Source: Candidatus Wolframiiraptor gerlachensis
Lineage (GTDB): Archaea; Thermoproteota; Nitrososphaeria_A; Caldarchaeales; Wolframiiraptoraceae
Length of the DNA stretch: 40,370 nt
Direction of reading: 5' to 3'
Assembly (NCBI GenBank): GCA_021323375.2
Contig: JAJPCT020000005.1
Location: forward strand, 1-40,370
Below, piece by piece: positions 10,301 through 18,069 of the stretch (within the stretch, counting starts at the first letter, position 1; each line of letters starts with the position of its first letter). The notes under the pieces are model-generated. The model ran no database searches, was not told the origin of the DNA, and saw only the letters and a list, made by a program, of their open reading frames with translations. The position numbers and the translations under genes are program-made.

Positions 10301-10821
10301 TCCGACTCCTCCGGTATCATCTCGAATTTTCTGCTCCTGCATCTCTCACATCTCTCGGGGGGCCTGAGCCTTGGCCCTGAGGAGTCCTCGGAGGATAGGT
10401 ATTTCGCGCCGCAATTTGAGCAGGCGAAGACGGCTGTCTTTAGCATTGGGCGGACGGTGCTCGCCCTAACCATTATCCCATCCACCGCTATCAGCTTTCC
10501 AAGATGATGTGATCTGATCTCCCTGATTGGTATCCTGTCTGGAAGGTTGAAGACTCTTGCCTTGAACTCCTTTAGTGTAGCCGCGTAGTCCGGGTCCTCG
10601 ACTTGGAGCTGCTTATATGCCGCCCTATCGAGAATCGGGAGATACTTCAGCGGATCATTCACTATAAGATGGCTGAGCTCCTCATCGAATGATATCAGGT
10701 CGCTGTGATCAACGGGTATTGATTGTTTTCGCTGAGCCGCGGCCGTGGCTAGGAGGGATCTATACTTCTCCTGCTTGAAGAAGCTTAGCAGCCTCTCCTC
10801 TATCTGGGGCTCAGCGGCCAT
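7336..10821 (-). CDS. mcm: MCM replicative helicase containing a 490-aa intein (about 671 aa after splicing)
   Basis: CxxC Zn finger, Walker A GDPGTGKSQ, IDEIDKM, SRFD and RQLESLIRL motifs. Confidence 0.97.
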   Translation of the reverse strand: MAAEPQIEERLLSFFKQEKYRSLLATAAAQRKQSIPVDHSDLISFDEELSHLIVNDPLKYLPILDRAAYKQLQVEDPDYAATLKEFKARVFNLPDRIPIREIRSHHLGKLIAVDGIMVRASTVRPMLKTAVFACSNCGAKYLSSEDSSGPRLRPPERCERCRSRKFEMIPEESEYIDFQLVGIQEKPEDLPPGQIPRVIDVELKGDIVDVARPGDRVIVTGILRTMPERDANTPRRTSKMYLEAVSIETASKEPESLIITPEEEKLFREMAKDPEIHKKLMDSIAPSLYGLEHVKKAVMLLLFGGRSKQYPDGTRIRGDIHLLLVGDPGTGKSQLLKYVAMMAPRGIYTSGRGSTAAGLCVSGDTLIYTSNGIRPIREVVEKNLENGSRRLDDGIWISENPKIVKLIAPSKDLKRIEIHKAIQYYKLKADKAIRIDTVLGKSITLTAETPILCSEDGETLKWKKACEVRVGDHVALVAKIPELEGDWRKCLYELIGDDVFVEMDPRRLDELLDRLSKKLGSSRNAAKFLGVNEDYIYYRWRKGLTSPRLGVLKRILEKIDMNFEDVLPYIKSVAYKSYRRVERIKLPPYPNEDLMEFLGDIYSNGCLIEDPRKKGSYTIHYSTGSIKDARNYVKRVRKLFGLSPRIEKDKRENCYIVRFSNKILARILRAFGIPVGDKGRDFEIHPLIHVMPRKLIGRFLRQLFTNDGGVMNGKYVFFSTSSKKLAEQVDMLLRRFGIISSIIMRRGPRESLINGKVVREEQVYEVSIYDLESLKIFLREIGFSNSEKFQKLLALIRQRKGTHNNFKRLNDEIILVKVKDVNEEELNEVYDLTVNDSHAFIANGFIVHNTAAVVRDSTGGMMLEAGALVLADMGVACIDEIDKMRPEDRVALHEAMAQQTISIAKGGIVATLNARTSILAAANPTLGRYDPYRSFTDNVDLPITILSRFDLIFVLRDEPNRELDEKLTDHVLGLQSRSVAVTAPPIKPEILRKYIAYAKRIQPELTPAATRLIKEFYLQMRSMYQQTSTVTITARQLESLIRLAEARARAALRDYVTEEDVLDVISLMKRSLSEVGIDVETGRPDIDVILTGKPKSLRDKIAIFLDTLRELQEEKGHAEDEELRDALREKGLTDAEINKILSRLLSEGKIFSPRTGIYRIT
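8275..9744 (-). mobile_element. Intein with LAGLIDADG homing endonuclease and HTH insert, in MCM
   Basis: Insertion STAAGL|CVSGDT...VYDLTV...FIANGFIVHN|TAAVVRD; LAGLIDADG-like blocks FLGDIYSNG and FLRQLFTNDG; visibly more AT-rich than the host gene. Confidence 0.95.
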
Positions 10822-11332
10822 CGCCGCCCACCTCCACGAATTCGTGCCAGGCGTTTACGAGCCCTAGTAGCTGGCCATAGAACACCTCCTCCTCGGCTGT
10901 GAGGTTTCGGACCATTGAGGCCGGGATCCTCTTCGCGGCGAAGCTCATTATCTTCGCGAGCCTGAGGGAGTAGATGTCTCTCAAGTGCATCATTAGCTCG
11001 GGCTCGCCGCTTGAGATGATCCTTCTAGCCTTGAGGTAGAAGTATCTTGGGAGGGGCTGAAGCTCCGCCGGGTTGCTCTTCTCCTTCCACCTTAGCTGCA
11101 GGATCGTTTTCATGTCTAGCAGGTCCTCGGCAGGCCTCGCGAGCTCCTTCTCGAAGAGCTTCTCGGCAATCCAGTGGTAGACCCTAAGGCTTGAGCCGGC
11201 CTTGAGACCCGTGAGCGCCCCAGATGGCAGGACTAGCTTCTGAATATCCTTGAGCAATATCACTTCCTCGAGCGAGTTCTCAAACTCGACCTCTAAGCCC
11301 TTGAGGGCACGCCTAAGCTCCTCCGCAGCCAT
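10811..11332 (-). CDS. GINS23 (Psf2/Psf3-like) subunit
   Basis: WIAEKL, LQPLPRYFY, RLAKI and NLTAEEE motifs; overlaps the MCM start as in TACK gins23-mcm operons; start at 11332 (11356 is an alternative). Confidence 0.8.
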   Translation of the reverse strand: MAAEELRRALKGLEVEFENSLEEVILLKDIQKLVLPSGALTGLKAGSSLRVYHWIAEKLFEKELARPAEDLLDMKTILQLRWKEKSNPAELQPLPRYFYLKARRIISSGEPELMMHLRDIYSLRLAKIMSFAAKRIPASMVRNLTAEEEVFYGQLLGLVNAWHEFVEVGGDGR

Positions 11333-11440
11333 TGGGTCCAGCCCGTGCCAGAGCATGCTCTACTCCTTAATTTACCCTCGGGGGATGGGTGAAAGTGGAT
11401 GAGTATCCAGGTATTAGCCGGGGCCTTCTCAGGGAATCAC

Positions 11441-11484
11441 AAAAGCAAAAATATAGCCGCACAATCAGCTAGAGCTGGGCGGCT
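11441..11484 (-). terminator. Putative terminator (hairpin followed by a T-tract on the minus strand)
   Basis: AGCCGC/GCGGCT outer stem with an inner CAGCT/AGCTG stem, followed on the minus strand by TTTTTGCTTTT. Confidence 0.35.
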
Positions 11485-11487
11485 TAC

Positions 11488-11497
11488 AAACCTTAAA
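11488..11497 (+). promoter_or_regulatory. TATA-like promoter for the structured RNA
   Basis: AAACCTTAAA, identical to the 10-mer upstream of tRNA-Gly (13333-13342). Confidence 0.55.
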
Positions 11498-11516
11498 TCT
11501 AGGGTAAAACTGGGGT

Positions 11517-11637
11517 GGGGCTGGCCGACGGGCCATCGTAGCCGGAGCCAGCGGGCTGGCTCCCCCGACCACCGTGGATCCATGATCTGTGGATCCACAG
11601 CGGGAGCGTCCTGCTTGACCACCGGTCCTCCAGCCTT
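11517..11637 (+). ncRNA. Candidate structured ncRNA (about 120 nt) convergent with the IS110/TasR-like gene
   Basis: Closing stem GGGGCTGG/CCAGCCTT; hairpins at 11544-11563, 11574-11598 and 11600-11614; G-U pairs favour the + strand; promoter upstream. Confidence 0.55.
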
Positions 11638-12509
11638 TACTGCCCGCCGACCAGCATATGTTGTCTCTGCTGCCATGCTCTCTTCAAAATCTTTAGAATT
11701 CTCAGCTGCAATGCGTAGATAATATTATCACGCGACATGTGATTCATGTTCTCGAAAAGCTTTGCTCCAATCCCATGTCGCTTATTATGGATATAGATTG
11801 CTGTTGCGAGGTTTGAAAGATGTCTGCGCAATCTATGATGATAGTTTTTGCTCTTGTGTGGCGTTGGGCCCAGCAGGCCCTTAAGCCTGCGAAGCTTCCA
11901 GTTCAATGGTAGCCTCGCCACAAGTATCGCGACCTCAACGCTATCCCTGACTCCAAGCTCCTCACACACCATCCTATATATCACCACATAATCCTCATCC
12001 TTTGCGATTTCTTTGATTATTCTACGGCTATAACAATCTTGCATGGAGCAGATTTCCTTGGCATATTCTTTGAAGGGGGAGTCTGGGTAAGCACTCGCCC
12101 ATCGTCGGATAAGACTCTTCCATCCGGTATATCTCTCATACATGTTAATGAGTTGTAGCAACTTTAAATCTTTGAGGGTTAATTGCTTGAAATGGTTCCT
12201 CGGAATAGTGCTCAAAAGCCTCGCATCAACCTCATCAGACTTCTCAACCCCATTCTCCTCCCTCAACCTCTTAAGTAGCCTCGTGCTCTTCAACAGGAAT
12301 ATCTTGACGCTCCTCCGGATCAGCTCCATCAACTCCTCATAGATTTGCGGGAACATCGCGTCAATGTATATCTCGCTGGCGTCATCCAGCTCGGTCAGCC
12401 TCCTAACCCTGAAAACCCTGCCCCCGTCAAAAACCGCATGAGTCTTATGCTTCCTCCTCTTCTTCCTGTCGGCTGGAACCGCGACATCAACATAGTAGAC
12501 CCTAGCCAT
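11637..12509 (-). CDS. Compact IS110-family/TasR-like RuvC-fold protein (290 aa)
   Basis: YYVDVA (RuvC-I Asp), IYIDAM, KSDEVDARLL (IS110 K-S/T-D-x-x-D-A motif), helical linker, and C-terminal LKGLLGPTP..NYHHRLRRHL resembling the IS110 Tnp/Nop-fold domain; SD GGGGGTGA before ATG 12509. Confidence 0.7.
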   Translation of the reverse strand: MARVYYVDVAVPADRKKRRKHKTHAVFDGGRVFRVRRLTELDDASEIYIDAMFPQIYEELMELIRRSVKIFLLKSTRLLKRLREENGVEKSDEVDARLLSTIPRNHFKQLTLKDLKLLQLINMYERYTGWKSLIRRWASAYPDSPFKEYAKEICSMQDCYSRRIIKEIAKDEDYVVIYRMVCEELGVRDSVEVAILVARLPLNWKLRRLKGLLGPTPHKSKNYHHRLRRHLSNLATAIYIHNKRHGIGAKLFENMNHMSRDNIIYALQLRILKILKRAWQQRQHMLVGGQ

Positions 12510-12786
12510 CCACATCACCCCCCTCAGGCAGGCCCTTAAGCTCATCGCATAGCGACCTCATCGTTGATTCTCCGATATGCCGGGCATAAGCCTTGGCGAA
12601 ATCCTCAACCCTGCTAAGGTCCTCGAGTACAAACATCCAAGCCAGAACCGAATGAAACCTATAACCACTAACAACAATCAACATCTCATTTGTGTAATCT
12701 AATATCTTGGTTAGGTCATCCAGCGGCCTAGCCTCCTCAAAGCAATCCGCAAGCTCTTCATGCAACCTCCGGACCCTAATCAACAC
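12502..12786 (-). CDS. Hypothetical 94-aa helical protein translationally coupled to the IS110-like gene
   Basis: Stop codon overlaps the downstream start (GATGGCTAG); TATA-like CCTTAATAAAT about 25 nt upstream on the minus strand. Confidence 0.45.
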   Translation of the reverse strand: MLIRVRRLHEELADCFEEARPLDDLTKILDYTNEMLIVVSGYRFHSVLAWMFVLEDLSRVEDFAKAYARHIGESTMRSLCDELKGLPEGGDVDG

Positions 12787-12875
12787 ATCCCTAATACAGG
12801 CCTTCCCTTATTTATTAAGGATCATCCCGAAAATAAGGGCTCCTATCATAAGGATGGCTTGTTTGAGCGGCTAGG

Positions 12876-13301
12876 TTAAGGCGGCGGGAGAGATTTATAA
12901 AAAGTTTATCGAGGAAGATGAGGCCTCTAGCACGTCATATATTATTGCTGTTAAGGAGTCAAGGAGGATCTCAGAGGGGAAAGAGGAGATTGTGGTTAAG
13001 AGGGTTATCTTGAGTGAGGCGAGTTGCTTGAGCTGGGATGAGGGAGATGGGGTTGAGAAGATGGAGGTGTGCAGGAGGATTTACTCGGAGAGAAGAGAAT
13101 GGGCGGAATAGACTCCGAGAAGAACATCGTAATGATGACGAGAGGGCTACCAAAAGATTAGCTTGATCTACATCTATCATGATATCTTGAGCTGGATGAG
13201 CTTGAGAGGGCTGTGGAGAGATATGGCGTCAGGAGGGCTATCAACGAGATAATGGACTATGTCAGAACTACTACACTAGACGTACTACTGAGAAGACATT
13301 A
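12876..13301 (+). pseudogene. Degraded hypothetical gene remnant
   Basis: Open stretches with host-like purine-rich codon usage (IYKKFIEEDEAS...REWAE*; ELDELERAVERYG...LLRRH*) that lack an upstream start and are broken by stops. Confidence 0.3.
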
Positions 13302-13332
13302 ATGGAGGCTAGGATGACCGTCCTAGCACGAT

Positions 13333-13345
13333 AAACCTTAAAATA
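13333..13345 (+). promoter_or_regulatory. tRNA-Gly promoter (BRE/TATA)
   Basis: AAACCTTAAAATA about 30 nt upstream of the tRNA 5' end. Confidence 0.65.
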
Positions 13346-13370
13346 GAACATTCATGAATTTGTTACCTAA

Positions 13371-13468
13371 GCGGCCGTCGTCTAGCCTGGAAGGACGCTG
13401 ACCCCCTAGATGGGCGCGGAAGCCCCCCGAGCCAGCGGTCCCGGGTTCAAATCCCGGCGGCCGCACCA
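13371..13468 (+). tRNA. tRNA-Gly(CCC) with a 21-nt non-canonical intron (13401-13421, position 29/30) and encoded CCA
   Basis: Acceptor stem GCGGCCG/CGGCCGC-A-CCA, D arm GTCT/GGAC, T arm CCGGG-TTCAAAT-CCCGG; removing 13401-13421 gives a perfect CTGGC/GCCAG stem with loop CCCCCGA. Confidence 0.85.
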
Positions 13469-13481
13469 TTTTTCATATAGG

Positions 13482-14912
13482 CTAAACGATCGGTATTATC
13501 TCCGGAAGCGGAGTCCTAGACTCCGGATCAATCTGGAGCCCGTATATTGGTGTCCAGGGCTTCACCCCATAGAATATGACGCATCCATGTCTTCGAGTTA
13601 TCTTGATGTGCATGTCGGCTATCGGCGCGAGCCTCTCAACTATCCCTGGCTCTATGGGCTTTACTAGCCAGATCATGAGCGCTTCAGACTGCCTCACGTA
13701 ATCCTGCGTCGCTGCTAGTAAATTGGCCGCTGCATTAAACCCGAATAGCCGGACAAGCCTATCAACACCAACTCCTATGAATGGGGGCTCATGGAACTTC
13801 TTTGCCAATTCATGGGCCGTGTCCATCACTTTGCGGAACGCGGCATTAAAATCTCTCGTATCAAATCTTATTATGTTTGGCAGCTCCTCCATGGGGGCAG
13901 TGGTCTCGATGAAGTAGACGCCATGCTTAAGGAACTTCTCCTCGCTTACTCCATAGAGTTTCCCCGCCCTCATCAAGGACTCGACAGTTACTCCTTCTGA
14001 TGGGATTCCGATGATAAACCTCCCCTTATGGATGAAGCTCGCGACCGCTGGGAGGAATAATGGATGATAATCGCGTGGAATAAGCCTCGGGTCTATCTCC
14101 ATAAGCACGGTAGCTCCTTTCGGATATCCTCCTATCTCGCGGTCCAGGTCCGGGATGCCGGTAGTATAGCCCTCGGGCGGGTCAGGCGGCGGAGAGAAGC
14201 TAATCGGCTCCCTCGGCTTTAAGGGCTTTGTCGGTGGCAGGGCTCTAAAGCCTTTAGAGAGCGTGAAGCATATTTTCGGATGCCGGATCTCCCCTCCTCT
14301 AAGCTTGATGAAGCTCAGTATTCTGATTGCTCTATTCTCTAGGAGCGTGGCCTCCAAATGGATCGCGGCGTCGGCGACGTAGTCCTCGAAGCCAACATCC
14401 TCGCCCGCGGATGCACGTTCCTTTATCAGCATGGTCGTGCACCTGAGTTTCTCGAGAACCCTGTAAAGCACACTTTGTAATAGTATCCTGGCCTCGTGCG
14501 GGCTCTTGAAGCTCTCCCTTAACGCTGTGAATGAGTCTATCACGAGCCTCCTAGCGCCCATCTCCTCAACACGCTCAACAACCATGTTGAACGACTCAGC
14601 CACTCCAACCTCCATCAAGACTGGGAGAGAGATGAACTCGAAGAGCCCCCTTTCCTCAAGCTTCTCAAAATCCATTCCAAAGGACCTAGCATTCTCGATG
14701 AACCTCTCCCTACTCTCATATGTCGAGACATAGATGCCCGGCTCACCAGCCTTCAAGGCGCCATTATAGATGAAGCTCATTCCGAGGCTTGTCTTCCCGG
14801 AGCCCGGCAGCCCCGAGACAAGTATAAGCCCTCCGCGCGGAAAGCCGAGTATGACGTCATCAAGACCCGGAACAAAGCTTTTGACAAATCGGCCCTGAGC
14901 CCCTAGGCTCAT
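13482..14912 (-). CDS. KaiC/RAD55-like RecA-superfamily ATPase with a degenerate second domain
   Basis: GLPGSGKTS, RLVIDS, KLRG; the second repeat TTGIPDLDREIGG lacks a Walker A. Confidence 0.85.
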   Translation of the reverse strand: MSLGAQGRFVKSFVPGLDDVILGFPRGGLILVSGLPGSGKTSLGMSFIYNGALKAGEPGIYVSTYESRERFIENARSFGMDFEKLEERGLFEFISLPVLMEVGVAESFNMVVERVEEMGARRLVIDSFTALRESFKSPHEARILLQSVLYRVLEKLRCTTMLIKERASAGEDVGFEDYVADAAIHLEATLLENRAIRILSFIKLRGGEIRHPKICFTLSKGFRALPPTKPLKPREPISFSPPPDPPEGYTTGIPDLDREIGGYPKGATVLMEIDPRLIPRDYHPLFLPAVASFIHKGRFIIGIPSEGVTVESLMRAGKLYGVSEEKFLKHGVYFIETTAPMEELPNIIRFDTRDFNAAFRKVMDTAHELAKKFHEPPFIGVGVDRLVRLFGFNAAANLLAATQDYVRQSEALMIWLVKPIEPGIVERLAPIADMHIKITRRHGCVIFYGVKPWTPIYGLQIDPESRTPLPEIIPIV

Positions 14913-15028
14913 CTCACAAACCTGTTTTTTTGTATCTCAGCGGCTCTTAAAAGCCTTAAAACCTAAGGGCCAGGGCTGAGGACCGGCCTATACTCTGGGA
15001 GAAAGGCTTAAGCATTATCGCCGACAAG

Positions 15029-15580
15029 ATGTTCTCCATGGATCGTAGCCCCGGCGATGAGGGCTTCGTGGAAGCGGTTATAGACTTCCTAGTCGGCGTA
15101 TGGTTTCTACTCTCCGAGATGGCCAACCTTCTAAGGAGGTTTTCGATGAGCATGGAGGGCGACCTAAGGCTCCACGCCGCCCTAGCATCAAATAGGCTCT
15201 CGCTCCTCGCAAAGAACCTCGAGGACGGATTATCCTATCTCGGGGCGGACTTCCTAAAGATCCTAAGCTTCGAGAGCCTCAAGAAGGAGTATGGGACCTA
15301 CATGGCGGAGATCCTTGAAAAGATGGCTGAGTTCCTCTCAGCCTTTAGCGGCAGGCTTAAGGCCCCCGAGGCGATAGACGTGGGAGAGGAGATCCGGGAA
15401 TTCGAGGACGCAATCACCATAGCGATCAACGCCTTTTCGAGGATACGCGAGATGGTCTCGGAGTATCGCGATGATAAGAGGGCGGCTCTCTTAACATTCC
15501 TCCTAAATGACCTGGTAAGCGACTTGAGGCTCATCGGAGTGAGACTACAGCAGGCGAAGTACCAGCTAGGGATTCCATAA
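15029..15580 (+). CDS. Hypothetical helical protein
   Basis: 183-aa ORF with host codon usage and a CTTAAG box upstream; no motif recognised. Confidence 0.6.
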   Translation: MFSMDRSPGDEGFVEAVIDFLVGVWFLLSEMANLLRRFSMSMEGDLRLHAALASNRLSLLAKNLEDGLSYLGADFLKILSFESLKKEYGTYMAEILEKMAEFLSAFSGRLKAPEAIDVGEEIREFEDAITIAINAFSRIREMVSEYRDDKRAALLTFLLNDLVSDLRLIGVRLQQAKYQLGIP

Positions 15581-15620
15581 CTAACCTTTAATTGAGCCTC
15601 AGGGCCGGATCTAGTGTAAC

Positions 15621-16778
15621 ATGGCTAGGATCTTCAAGGCCGAGGAGAAGCTCTCCCCAGACTATATTCCGGGAAGACTGCCGCATAGGGATAATGAGCT
15701 CAGGCTTCTAAGGACATTCTTCAGCGGCGTGATCTCCGGATCATCCATGATCTCGACTAGAGTCATTGTGACTGGCTCTGTGGGAACGGGCAAGAGCGCC
15801 CTCGTCAAGCTATTCGGCGCGACTGCTGAGGAGGAGGCGAGGAGAAACGGCGTAAACCTGAGATTCCTCTATGTCAACTGCAGGATAAGCAAGAGCACAT
15901 TCGTGGTGCTATCCAGGCTCATCGAGCAGCTTAGGGCCAGGATCGGGGCCCGTGGATTCGCGAACGAGGAGCTCCTCCACAGAATCCTAAACTACTTAGA
16001 GCTTAAGAACATGTATGCTATCATCGCCTTGGATGAGGTTGATCTCCTGATAAGCAGGGGCGAGGACATATTATACCTACTGAGTAGGATTGGGGAGGAG
16101 AGGGAGGGGCCTCCGAGGATCTCGATAATCCTGATCACCAGAAATCCGGAGATCTTCGATCTCCTCGATGAGAGCACTAGAAGCTCTCTCTTGGGAAACG
16201 TGATACACTTGAGCGAGTATGATAGCGGGCAGCTATACGATATCCTGAAGTTCAGGGCTGAGGAAGCTCTCATGCCCGGCGTCCTCCTAGAGGAGTCTCT
16301 GCGGCTGATCGCGGATTTGGCGGGCGAGAGGGGGGATGCCAGATATGCCCTCGACATATTATGGAGGGCTGGTAAATATGCCGAGGCCGAGAACTCGAGG
16401 GTTATCACGCCGGAGCACGTGAGGAAAGCCGCGGCAAGCATCTACCCGGCTGTGAGAAGGGAGCATCTCGAGTTCCTCAACCAGCATGAGCGATTAATCC
16501 TGCTAGCTCTCGCTAGAAGCCTTCAGGGCGGACAGGCATACATCACGACAGCTGACCTATACCAGAACTATCAGCTCATCTGCGAAGAATACTCGGCCGA
16601 GCCAAGAGCCTATACCAGTTTCTGGGAGCACCTGCAGAGGCTCGACGACCTAGGGATAATCAGGATAAAAGTGAGGAGCGATGGGATCAAGGGGAGGAGA
16701 TCCTATATCTCACTCCCGGGGATACCAGCCACAATACTCCAGGCGGAGCTCGAGTCCATATTGAGGAGGCAGAGTTAG
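15621..16778 (+). CDS. cdc6: Cdc6/Orc1 replication initiator
   Basis: LSPDYIP..LPHRD, GSVGTGKS, YVNC, LDEVD, GDARYALDIL and a C-terminal winged helix. Confidence 0.95.
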   Translation: MARIFKAEEKLSPDYIPGRLPHRDNELRLLRTFFSGVISGSSMISTRVIVTGSVGTGKSALVKLFGATAEEEARRNGVNLRFLYVNCRISKSTFVVLSRLIEQLRARIGARGFANEELLHRILNYLELKNMYAIIALDEVDLLISRGEDILYLLSRIGEEREGPPRISIILITRNPEIFDLLDESTRSSLLGNVIHLSEYDSGQLYDILKFRAEEALMPGVLLEESLRLIADLAGERGDARYALDILWRAGKYAEAENSRVITPEHVRKAAASIYPAVRREHLEFLNQHERLILLALARSLQGGQAYITTADLYQNYQLICEEYSAEPRAYTSFWEHLQRLDDLGIIRIKVRSDGIKGRRSYISLPGIPATILQAELESILRRQS

Positions 16779-18067
16779 CTCTTTCTCCGGCCTGTTCTCC
16801 CGCGCGCCTTAACCACCTTCACCTCCTCAGCCTTTCCTCCCTTAAGATAATTTATCTCCGACGGGGTAAACTCGAAGTATCTCGCGAGCGCCTCGCCCAT
16901 CCCACCATCATTCACCATGATGAATGAAATGTAGGGTAGCATTTGGCTCAACGCCTTCGTGGTTGAGAGGTGCAGCTTCGTGGCGATCTTCTGGGCTATG
17001 GACCTCCTAAGCTCTCTCTCCGTGCTCGTCGCCTGGAGGAACCTGATCCTCGGCGGGAACGTGAACTTCACGAAGCCTGATGGCTTATGCTTCCTCGCTA
17101 GTGCGACACCGCCGGTCATCACCGGGATCGCGTAGCGCATCAGTTTCCATTCCTGTTTCCTATTCACTCTAGCGAGTATCAGGTCTGCCCGCGCTAGAGC
17201 CTCAAACGCCTCAGCCAAGTCCTCGGGATCCGGGATCTGCTCCGGCGCATTATCCAAGATCCACGTGTAGACTAGGTCCAGGTCAACCTCCAGCCCCTCA
17301 AGCGCTGCCCTAGCAGCCCTCACGGATTTAGCATTGAAGATCATTCGGAGGGCGTCGAAGATCTCCCTGACCCTGTTTCTCGAGCCTAGTGCCTCGAGGG
17401 CCCGCTCATCAACCATCTCCCTCCCGCCGGTTATGGCCTGGAAGTCGTTTATCGCGGATCTGAGATCACCTTCGCTCCTCTCGGCCAGCTTCTCCAGAAC
17501 TACGTCAGACACCTTTATGCCCTCCATCTCCGCGATCTCCTTAAGCCTCTTCACAACCTCAGCCTTCTTCAACCTCCTGAACTCGAGCATGAGGCATTTC
17601 TCCCTGATCGGCGCGAGCTTCGGGTCCCACGGGTTATTCGCAACGAGCACAAGCGGAACCCTAGTCTCGTTTATTATCTTGCTTAGGGCCGCTATTCCCC
17701 CTGCATCCTCCCTGCCCGCGATTCCATCAACCTCATCCACAAGTATTATCTTCCTTGTCGAGCCCTCGAGCGTGGCTTGGAGAGATGACTCACCGACAAC
17801 AGCCTTCACCCTAGCCTCATCCCTCCAGTCGCTTGCATTAACCTCGACCACGTCATAGCCATGCTCCTTGCCATATGCTAGGACGAGGCTCGTCTTTCCT
17901 ACTCCAGCCGGGCCATAGAGCAGGACCGCCCTCTTCTCAGGAGGCCTACCAAGCTCCCACTGCTTCATCCACTTCACGAACGCCTCAACAGACTCCCTAT
18001 TCCCGACGACCTCCACAACCCGCTTAGGTCTATACTTCTCAACCCAGAGTTCCGTCAAGGACCACAC
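16775..18067 (-). CDS. rfcL: Replication factor C large subunit
   Basis: WVEKYRP, GPAGVGKT, EVNASD, DEVDG and GDLRSAIND motifs. Confidence 0.95.
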   Translation of the reverse strand: MWSLTELWVEKYRPKRVVEVVGNRESVEAFVKWMKQWELGRPPEKRAVLLYGPAGVGKTSLVLAYGKEHGYDVVEVNASDWRDEARVKAVVGESSLQATLEGSTRKIILVDEVDGIAGREDAGGIAALSKIINETRVPLVLVANNPWDPKLAPIREKCLMLEFRRLKKAEVVKRLKEIAEMEGIKVSDVVLEKLAERSEGDLRSAINDFQAITGGREMVDERALEALGSRNRVREIFDALRMIFNAKSVRAARAALEGLEVDLDLVYTWILDNAPEQIPDPEDLAEAFEALARADLILARVNRKQEWKLMRYAIPVMTGGVALARKHKPSGFVKFTFPPRIRFLQATSTERELRRSIAQKIATKLHLSTTKALSQMLPYISFIMVNDGGMGEALARYFEFTPSEINYLKGGKAEEVKVVKARGRTGRRKS

Positions 18068-18069
18068 CC

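Noticed and set aside
11520-11660. Possible TIGR or CRISPR array
   Set aside because: The repeated 8-mer has irregular spacing (36, 50, 32 nt), and no regular repeat-spacer units could be laid out.
11399-11722. 107-aa (+) and 79-aa (-) ORFs over the structured region
   Set aside because: Atypical composition, and one overlaps the IS110-like gene antisense; the region is better explained as a structured RNA.
11357-13370. tRNA-derived att duplication bounding the islet
   Set aside because: No duplicated tRNA end found; only a 10-nt internal match, reported separately.
13398-13435. Alternative reading as a CCT-anticodon tRNA with a canonical 37/38 intron
   Set aside because: Gives an A-C mismatch in the anticodon stem and conflicts with the Gly-type acceptor stem.
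15581-15620. Replication origin next to cdc6
   Set aside because: Only 40 bp of intergenic DNA, containing a TATA box; no ORB motif seen.
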